64,000 nt of DNA, taken from Cyanobacteria bacterium auto_48_18 (GTDB lineage: Bacteria; Cyanobacteriota; Vampirovibrionia; Obscuribacterales; Obscuribacteraceae). The position numbers were made by a program, and so were the translations under genes. Below, piece after piece: positions 57,762 through 64,000 of this stretch. Each line of letters begins with the position of its first letter. The first letter of the stretch is position 1. Below the pieces are notes generated by a model. The model saw only the letters and a program-made list of their open reading frames with translations. It made no database searches and was not told where the DNA came from. The DNA is taken from positions 32,001 to 96,000 of the forward strand of contig JAVHQC010000036.1 of assembly GCA_036170915.1 (NCBI GenBank), read 5' to 3'.

Positions 57762-59063
57762 GTGACTTCTCGAGTCGCTCCATCATCACTAATCCCGTCC
57801 GCTGTGCGGAGCCTGTTCAATGTCGTCAACGGCATCGACTTTTGGCTTCTCGGAGCGACGGGATTTTTGATTGCGGTGGGTTTGAACGTGCTGCATTTTT
57901 CGCAGCATACTCAAGGCTATTTTGATAAACAGTTGAGCTACATGTACGCCGGTCTGGCCCTGATGGTGATCGTCAGCCGTATTCCCCATAAATTATGGAC
58001 GAATAAGTGGATGGTCAGTTTGATGTACTTAGTCAATCTTGGACTGCTTGTAGCCGTTATGCTCAAAGGTCACGCCGCCCAGGGGGCGCAGAGATGGCTG
58101 GCGCTGGGACCGATCACACTACAGCCTTCCGAGCTGGCCAAACTAGTGGTAATTTTTTCACTGGCCGCCTGGTTGAGAAATCATCGCATCAATTCGTTTT
58201 TTGATATTTTCAAAATACTGGGCATCATGCTTGTGCCGGCAGTGCTGGTATTCAAGCAGCCAGACTTAGGCACGTCTCTGACTTTTGGTGCCGTCTTCCT
58301 TGGCCTTTCCTACTGGTCGGGTGCCACGGTGATGGACATTCTGGTGCTGATTAGCCCTTTGCTTTCGCTCATTCTCAACGCGCTTAATCTGGAGTGGTGG
58401 CACATGTTTTTAGGAGCCCTGGCTGTGGTGCTCTTAATTTTCTGGCGCACATTTGATTGGAAGATTTGGATTCGGCTGGCCATGATTGTTGTGGTGATGG
58501 CGGCAAATTATGGCTGCGGCGAGGCCCGGCCACATCTCTGGGGTTTACTGAAAGAGTATCAGCAGAAGCGGCTCACCAGTTTCGTAAATCCATATGACGA
58601 CCCCAGGGGCTCTGGTTATCATATTTTGCAAAGTTTAATCGCCATTGGCTCTGGTGGCATCAGTGGTGCTGGTCTAGGACACGGCAATCAGGCCCAGGGC
58701 GCATTTATCCCTGAACGACACACCGACTTTATTTTTGCTGTGATCGGCGAAGAGTTAGGGTTTCGCATCTGTCTACTTATTGTCATCGCCTACGGAATAA
58801 TTTGTCTGCGAGCTCTGTTTATTGCCCATCAATCCAGGGGTGACCCCGCCGGGGCGGCTATGGCTATTGGTCTTATGTGCATGTTTCTCTTTCACGCTTT
58901 CATCAATATTGGCATGACCATCGGCTGTATGCCGGTGGCCGGTGTGCCGCTGCCATTTCTCAGTTATGGCGGCACGGCTTTGATTGTCGATCTCGTTGCC
59001 ATCGGCCTGTTGCAGTCAATTTATTATCACAACCCTAAAGAAGTGAAAGACGACTGGGGTTAG
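57762..59063 (+). CDS. rodA: Rod shape-determining protein RodA (SEDS family)
   Basis: GAQRW, QPSELAK, QPDLGT, HTDFIF..IGEE.G, LPFLSYGG. Confidence 0.93.
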   Translation: MTSRVAPSSLIPSAVRSLFNVVNGIDFWLLGATGFLIAVGLNVLHFSQHTQGYFDKQLSYMYAGLALMVIVSRIPHKLWTNKWMVSLMYLVNLGLLVAVMLKGHAAQGAQRWLALGPITLQPSELAKLVVIFSLAAWLRNHRINSFFDIFKILGIMLVPAVLVFKQPDLGTSLTFGAVFLGLSYWSGATVMDILVLISPLLSLILNALNLEWWHMFLGALAVVLLIFWRTFDWKIWIRLAMIVVVMAANYGCGEARPHLWGLLKEYQQKRLTSFVNPYDDPRGSGYHILQSLIAIGSGGISGAGLGHGNQAQGAFIPERHTDFIFAVIGEELGFRICLLIVIAYGIICLRALFIAHQSRGDPAGAAMAIGLMCMFLFHAFINIGMTIGCMPVAGVPLPFLSYGGTALIVDLVAIGLLQSIYYHNPKEVKDDWG

Positions 59064-59217
59064 ATAACACTATCAATATAGGGCCCGCCTGCGGCTAACA
59101 TAGATATTTCGTACTTTGTTCCAACGTTGTTCACACTATGCAAGCATAATTTTATCTGTAAGCCTCGTGGCACGATTTGGTGGTCTAGGCAAACGAACGC
59201 GATTTTAGCTTGCGCCA

Positions 59218-59253
59218 AAACGCAGAGAAATTTTCGAAAATTTCTCTGCGTTT
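59218..59253. repeat. Perfect 36-bp palindrome downstream of rodA (possible terminator)
   Basis: AAACGCAGAGAAATTTTC|GAAAATTTCTCTGCGTTT. Confidence 0.9.
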
Positions 59254-59313
59254 CGGACACTTAAAATCAATCACCTGCCCCGAATACACCAAACAATACT
59301 CAAAGAGTCAAAC

Positions 59314-59766
59314 TTGAATTTCGAAATTGCCATTCTACTAGTAAACGCTTTTTCCACCTGGTTTATGACTGGCTTAATTTGGTTCGTTCAAGTTGTTCAC
59401 TATCCATTGTTTGATGGAGTTGGTGCCGAAGACTTTCAACGCTATGCAAACAGGCATCGCCATCTGACTTCACTTGTCGTGGCAGCGCCAATGTTGACTG
59501 AAGCTTTTAGTTCGGTGGTTCTGGCAGCAACTTGGAGCCGTGCGTACACCTGGTTATTGTGGCTCAATTTTGCCTTAGTCATAGCAATTTGGATTTCCAC
59601 AGCACTCTGCTCAATTCCATGTCATGAAAAACTTTGCGCTGGTGGCTATGTAGCCACGACACATCACTGGCTGGTTTTGAGCAACTGGTCGCGTACCTGC
59701 CTATGGACTATGAGATCACTAATTCTTGCTTTTGTGATTTACAGCTCGTTAACGAAAGCAAATTGA
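59314..59766 (+). CDS. Hypothetical four-TM membrane protein
   Basis: GLIWFVQVVHYPLF...H; four hydrophobic helices. Confidence 0.75.
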   Translation: MNFEIAILLVNAFSTWFMTGLIWFVQVVHYPLFDGVGAEDFQRYANRHRHLTSLVVAAPMLTEAFSSVVLAATWSRAYTWLLWLNFALVIAIWISTALCSIPCHEKLCAGGYVATTHHWLVLSNWSRTCLWTMRSLILAFVIYSSLTKAN

Positions 59767-59774
59767 TAATTGCG

Positions 59775-60104
59775 CTACTGCTTGGCAAATAGTTTATCCG
59801 CACCGTCACCTGGTTTCAGACGGTACAGGGCGATCAGGGCATAGATAGACATAGCGATGTTGCCGAGAAAAACAACAGCAAAGAACCACAATATTTTCTT
59901 TAAGAGTGATTTCTCCCGATAGCAGATCCAGAGAAAGAATGAGAGAAACGCGAAGTAGGCATCAAACAATGTGGCCTTGAACCAGGGATCGTTTAACACC
60001 ATTGGTGGTATCATCAAAATATTTTCGTGAGCGGCAGCCCAGATAGTTATGGCAACCATGGCTACGAAAATTGCAGCATAGAGTAATCTCAATAACAGAA
60101 TCAT
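59775..60104 (-). CDS. DUF1475-like small membrane protein
   Basis: PWF.ATL.DAY..F..F..W..YRE, LGNIAM..Y. Confidence 0.75.
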   Translation of the reverse strand: MILLLRLLYAAIFVAMVAITIWAAAHENILMIPPMVLNDPWFKATLFDAYFAFLSFFLWICYREKSLLKKILWFFAVVFLGNIAMSIYALIALYRLKPGDGADKLFAKQ

Positions 60105-60763
60105 GACTTGAAATTCTTGTTTGGAGTCTCAACCCTGGTCTTAAGAGCGTTCAAAACTGTCGGTAGATAACCTTTGACTTGCGACGCCAGCAACCAAGGC
60201 GGCAGAATCAATCCACCATCTAAATGAATGCTATACACAACAGATGTAGCTGCAGTTTTGGCCATGGGCTTAAGCTCCCAAGTTCCCATCACTTCTTTAA
60301 ATGAACCCGACCGTCTTTTCCACTTAATCAACCCAGGTTTTTTCTCGGTCAAATTAACGACATAATCAAATTTGACTGGTCCACCTGGCTTGACCAGCTG
60401 CCTGACTAATTTCACTTCGCCCTCAGAGCCGATTACCTTACATAGACTTAGATTGGCGAAAATTTCAGGAGCCTTGTCATAATCGACTAAGGTATCCCAT
60501 ATTTTTTCTCGAGGTGCGTTGATTGTCACAGAACCAACCACGTAGGTGAGACCATCGCGTTTTTCGATTTTGACGATGGGCTTCTCACCAGCTTCGTCAC
60601 TATTCATGGGAATGCTCTCTTTGTTTGCCTGTTGAGCATATGCGCAGGAAGGATTAACTATGAGAAATGGGGCAACGCAAAATGGGCCCATAAAAAGAAG
60701 GCCAAAGCTGAATAGACTCGACAAAACAGTCTTTTGATTCACATCACTTTCCAGAGAAAACAC
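60101..60763 (-). CDS. SRPBCC/START (cyclase/dehydrase) family protein
   Basis: I.APREKIW..L.DY, GSFK...G.W.L; start uncertain. Confidence 0.8.
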   Translation of the reverse strand: MFSLESDVNQKTVLSSLFSFGLLFMGPFCVAPFLIVNPSCAYAQQANKESIPMNSDEAGEKPIVKIEKRDGLTYVVGSVTINAPREKIWDTLVDYDKAPEIFANLSLCKVIGSEGEVKLVRQLVKPGGPVKFDYVVNLTEKKPGLIKWKRRSGSFKEVMGTWELKPMAKTAATSVVYSIHLDGGLILPPWLLASQVKGYLPTVLNALKTRVETPNKNFKS

Positions 60764-60770
60764 AAGTAAG

Positions 60771-60792
60771 GCCGGCGGTAGAGACCGCCGGC
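60771..60792 (-). terminator. GC-rich hairpin after fasciclin gene
   Basis: GCCGGCGGT-AGAG-ACCGCCGGC, followed by a T-rich tract on the - strand. Confidence 0.6.
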
Positions 60793-60801
60793 GATCTTCA
60801 C

Positions 60802-61365
60802 TTATTCAGGCATTAACACTGTATCAATTACGTGGATTACTCCATTTGAGCATTTGATATCAGTAGCAGTAACCGTAGCATTTCCTACCATCACTTTACC
60901 GTCTGCTTGCTTAATAGCAACACTTGAACCTTCAAGAGTCTTAGCCGACTTCATTTTTACTACTTTACTAGCCAATACTTGACCATTGACAACGTGGTAG
61001 GTGAGCACTTTGGTGAGCTTGGCCTTATCGGCGAGCAAACCGTTGAGAGCGTCAGCAGGCACCTTGGCAAAGGCGGCATCATCTGGCGCAAAAACTGTGA
61101 AAGGGCCTTTACCCTTGAGAGTCTCGACCAAGCCGGCTGCACCCAAAGCTTTGGCCAATGTACCAAACTTGCCTGCGGCAACAGCAGTATCGACGATGTC
61201 ACTGGTGGCTGCATCCGAGGCTTTTTTTGTTTCGCTGCTCGCTACTTTAGTAGAGCAAGAGGATCCAGCAAGGGCAGCAGTGAACGGGGCCACGGCGCAG
61301 ACGCAGGCTAACGCAAATACTGCGCCTGAAGTCATGTAGGTGCGTTTCGATTTAGTTGACAACAT
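60802..61365 (-). CDS. Fasciclin (FAS1) domain exported protein
   Basis: [40 protein letters not shown]. Confidence 0.95.
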   Translation of the reverse strand: MLSTKSKRTYMTSGAVFALACVCAVAPFTAALAGSSCSTKVASSETKKASDAATSDIVDTAVAAGKFGTLAKALGAAGLVETLKGKGPFTVFAPDDAAFAKVPADALNGLLADKAKLTKVLTYHVVNGQVLASKVVKMKSAKTLEGSSVAIKQADGKVMVGNATVTATDIKCSNGVIHVIDTVLMPE

Positions 61366-61422
61366 AATTTCCTCCCGCTGCCACTAGTAGGCAGCAATAT
61401 TTAACTGGTGACTGAAAGAATT

Positions 61423-61448
61423 TTGACTCAAAATACATTTATAGTCAA
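61423..61448. promoter_or_regulatory. Candidate TetR operator in divergent promoter region
   Basis: TTGACT-N14-AGTCAA inverted repeat. Confidence 0.45.
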
Positions 61449-61488
61449 TCCTCTAGTCGTTAATTGTAAAATGTGTCAGGAGAGAAGA

Positions 61489-62109
61489 ATGAATCAAACG
61501 CGACGCGGGAAAATTTTAGAGTCGGCAACCTGGCTATTTGGTTACTATGGCTTTGAAAAGACCACTGTTGACGATATAGCTGACCGAGCGTCAGTCAGCA
61601 AGGGTTCTGTTTATCTAGAATTTCAGAACAAAGAAGCGATTTTGGTCGCAGTTGTTCAGCAATTTACAAGCCGCGAACTTGAGCGCATCAATCGACTTTT
61701 GAAAGAAGCAAAGGCGCCCTACCTTGAGGTTTTACGCGAGCTTCTATACGGTCATGTTATGTCGTACTGGTCAATCGCCAGCGGCCAGTTACATAGCCCC
61801 GAAGTTATTGCTTCGGCAAACCCTTCGATCATGGCTGAAATTATCAACTTTCAGAGTGCAATATTTTTACAGATTGCATTTTTACTTGAGAAAGCCGCAA
61901 CTAACAAAGAAATTGCGCCGGCAAAAGCGGCTGACGAATATTTCTTTCAGGCCGAACTTGTCTGCTATCTTTTGGCCGCCTTATTCCCGCCTTACGACAG
62001 ACTCAAAGCACGAGACCCCGCGGCGTTTACTGAAGCAACTTTGCGCAAATACGCAGAGAGCATGATCACCATGACCTTGAATGGTGTTCGCTCGAGCGGT
62101 GTATTGTAG
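61489..62109 (+). CDS. TetR/AcrR family transcriptional regulator
   Basis: ILESA..LF...GFEKTTVDDIA..A.VSKGSVY..F.NKE; ATG 61489 after AGGAG. Confidence 0.93.
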   Translation: MNQTRRGKILESATWLFGYYGFEKTTVDDIADRASVSKGSVYLEFQNKEAILVAVVQQFTSRELERINRLLKEAKAPYLEVLRELLYGHVMSYWSIASGQLHSPEVIASANPSIMAEIINFQSAIFLQIAFLLEKAATNKEIAPAKAADEYFFQAELVCYLLAALFPPYDRLKARDPAAFTEATLRKYAESMITMTLNGVRSSGVL

Positions 62110-62150
62110 AAGAATCAAGAATCTTGGTTCAGTTTCAGGAGAATTTTTCT

Positions 62151-62963
62151 ATGAGAACGATCAAGGCGTGTGGCTGTGGGTTCATCGCCTTGGTCGCTTG
62201 TTTTATTCTTTGTGCGCAGGCTTTTGGGCGTCAAAGCTGGAATCAAGAAGAAGCTGTTAGGCGCGTGCAATCGGTGATCACCCAAGAAGAGGCCAACGAT
62301 TTCCGCTGGGACAAAATTGACTGGCTGGTGGACGCAAAATTAGCTGCCAGTAGATCGCAAGCTGAACACAAGCCAATTTTGCTTTACTTTTTCCTCAAAG
62401 GCGATATTGGTCCGAAGGCGGCGCCTTGCTGACCAGGCGGACGCTTGATGAGGACGGTCTGTCTCTCTAATGAAATCGTGCAAGAGAAAGTAAACGCTTC
62501 GTTCATTCCACTGAAGGTTCAAATCGATCGCGGCACTGCAAAATTTCCCCTGGATTGGCCGGCTCTAAAAAATTGGAAAACTACTTACGCCCTGATGGGT
62601 GGCAGTAAAGCTACGGGCATCACTGCCTGTGTAGTGGTAAGTCCAGATCTGAAATTGCAGTTGGGCAGCACTGGCTCTGCGTTCGTTTGGGAACTGTTTG
62701 ATTCAATTGCTTATGATCCTGTGAAGTTCGCTGCCATGCTTGATGCTTCCTTAGCGAGATCTTCTCAATACGAAAAGATCCTTTCAACCGGTGCTACAAA
62801 CGCAAAAGAACTTCATCGCTTTCGCCATGAGCTTAGTCAGGCATTACAAAAGGAAGGCAGATTTCATTTGCCTCCTCGCGGATTTACCATTGAAGGGGCT
62901 AAAGAACTTTTCCGTCAGACTGGCGACTTAAAAGACGACATGGGTAAACGCCGTTCCAAATAA
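62151..62963 (+). CDS. Exported thioredoxin-fold selenoprotein (C-U motif, selenoprotein N-like), 270 aa; joins the two track ORFs 62124-62432 and 62445-62963
   Basis: Both ORFs are in the same frame and separated only by TGA 62430-62432: ...AEHKPILLYFFLKGDIGPKAAPC-U-PGGRLMRTVCLSNEIVQEKVNASFIP; SECIS-like hairpin follows. Confidence 0.85.
62447..62467 (+). promoter_or_regulatory. Putative bacterial SECIS element
   Basis: GAUGAGGAC-GGUCU-GUCUCUC bulged stem; G-initiated loop begins 23 nt after UGA. Confidence 0.65.
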
Positions 62964-62982
62964 ATGTTTGTCTTGGTGTTTT

Positions 62983-63645
62983 CTAGACCGGCACAGCCGC
63001 TGGATTAAAGACTATTTCGGCATCAAAGGCGCCAGCCGGCTGATCATGCAATTGCAAAAAGCTTTCAGCAATCACTGCAGGGTCGAACGCGGTACCAGGC
63101 GCCACGATACCACATATGGTGACAGTGGCTACATGTATTCCTGATGAACTTAACTCTTGATGCAGGCACTGATTTAATGCTCTAAGAGCCGCCTTACCCA
63201 CAGACAGCGCTGTCACTTGAGCTGCCGGTTGCAATGCGTAGCCTCCACCAGTGAAAAGAATAGTGCCTTTACCGAGGTTTTTCATCCCTGGAATTACTGC
63301 TTGCGACGCGGCCAGTGCGGGCGTGACATTGACACCTAATGATTGGCTGAATTTCTCAGCGTCAACACGAGAACCTCTGCCTGGCGTCAAACTAAAAGCA
63401 TTAAAATGAAGTACTTCTATTTCTCCATGTTTTTCTGCAATTTCTGCTAGACAGGTTTTTAACTCTTCTAAGTTAGAGACGTCGAGCTGCCAGGCCGAAG
63501 CATTCTCACCTAATTCGGCACAAAGACCATCAAGCTTTTCACGATTTCGCGCGCACAAGGCGACGTGATAACCGCGGCCTAAAAACGCTTTGGCCACCGC
63601 CTGACCTACACCTGCTCCTGCTCCAAGCACTACGCATGTTGCCAC
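62983..63645 (-). CDS. Short-chain dehydrogenase/reductase (atypical, no catalytic Tyr)
   Basis: VVLGAGAGVG, FNA, GTILFTG, L.VGKAALR. Confidence 0.88.
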   Translation of the reverse strand: MATCVVLGAGAGVGQAVAKAFLGRGYHVALCARNREKLDGLCAELGENASAWQLDVSNLEELKTCLAEIAEKHGEIEVLHFNAFSLTPGRGSRVDAEKFSQSLGVNVTPALAASQAVIPGMKNLGKGTILFTGGGYALQPAAQVTALSVGKAALRALNQCLHQELSSSGIHVATVTICGIVAPGTAFDPAVIAESFLQLHDQPAGAFDAEIVFNPAAVPV

Positions 63646-63724
63646 ATCAATAACCTCACGATGACACTAACGAACCATCGTAGTGGAAATTTCGATGTAT
63701 TTTCCCAGTTTAAATTACAAGTTA

Positions 63725-64000
63725 TTACCCAGGACACTTTGAAGTTGGAATTGTGGCTTTGAGAATCGGAATAAATTGAACGGGGCCCAGGCCATGCGTT
63801 GTAGGTCTTGCAAGTCTTAGCTCAAGCACTTTCTGTTCGTCAGTGATTTCAACATTAACGAGATATTTTCCCAAGATGTCGTCACTGTTTGTTCGCGCGT
63901 TGGCAGTCTTCACTGCCTCACGCAATACAGCCTGGCGATCGCAGAGAGGTGTTTCCTCAAAAATTTTCACCGCATCCAATGTTTCTGTAGCATTTGCCAT
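63725..64000 (-). CDS. Hypothetical protein, possibly 5'-truncated by window end
   Basis: Open frame reaching the window edge. Confidence 0.45.
   Translation of the reverse strand: MANATETLDAVKIFEETPLCDRQAVLREAVKTANARTNSDDILGKYLVNVEITDEQKVLELRLARPTTHGLGPVQFIPILKATIPTSKCPG

Noticed and set aside
62124..62963. Two separate genes or a nonsense pseudogene
   Set aside because: Same frame, UGA directly after Cys in a redox-type motif, SECIS-like hairpin, and a second independent Sec-type gene in the window
1..64000. Alternative genetic code (UGA = Trp/Gly) explaining the in-frame TGAs
   Set aside because: Many well-defined genes end in TGA at their natural C-termini, including ATGA overlaps, and Trp is encoded by TGG

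Overview
Gene-dense bacterial chromosomal window with about 60 CDSs and one tRNA-Leu(UAA). I see no CRISPR array, integrase or transposase. Gene content (DUF3370, minCDE-rodA, several MshEN-type and long low-complexity proteins, no photosynthesis genes) suggests a non-photosynthetic relative of Cyanobacteria (Vampirovibrionia/Melainabacteria-like); this is inference only. The strongest hidden signals are missed or split by the ORF track. (1) A secreted thioredoxin-fold protein at 62151-62963 with an in-frame UGA in a C-U motif, resembling the redox motif of animal selenoprotein N and followed by a SECIS-like hairpin. (2) An unannotated SelW/Rdx-type CxxU selenoprotein at 40083-40325 whose stop codon overlaps the ferrochelatase start. 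(3) A DUF3800 gene with a convergent sigma70-type promoter and a hairpin RNA at its 3' end, a candidate protein/ncRNA system. (4) A Dnmt2-type (tRNA) cytosine methyltransferase overlapping a pseudouridine synthase gene. All family calls come from motif recognition by eye; no database searches were run.
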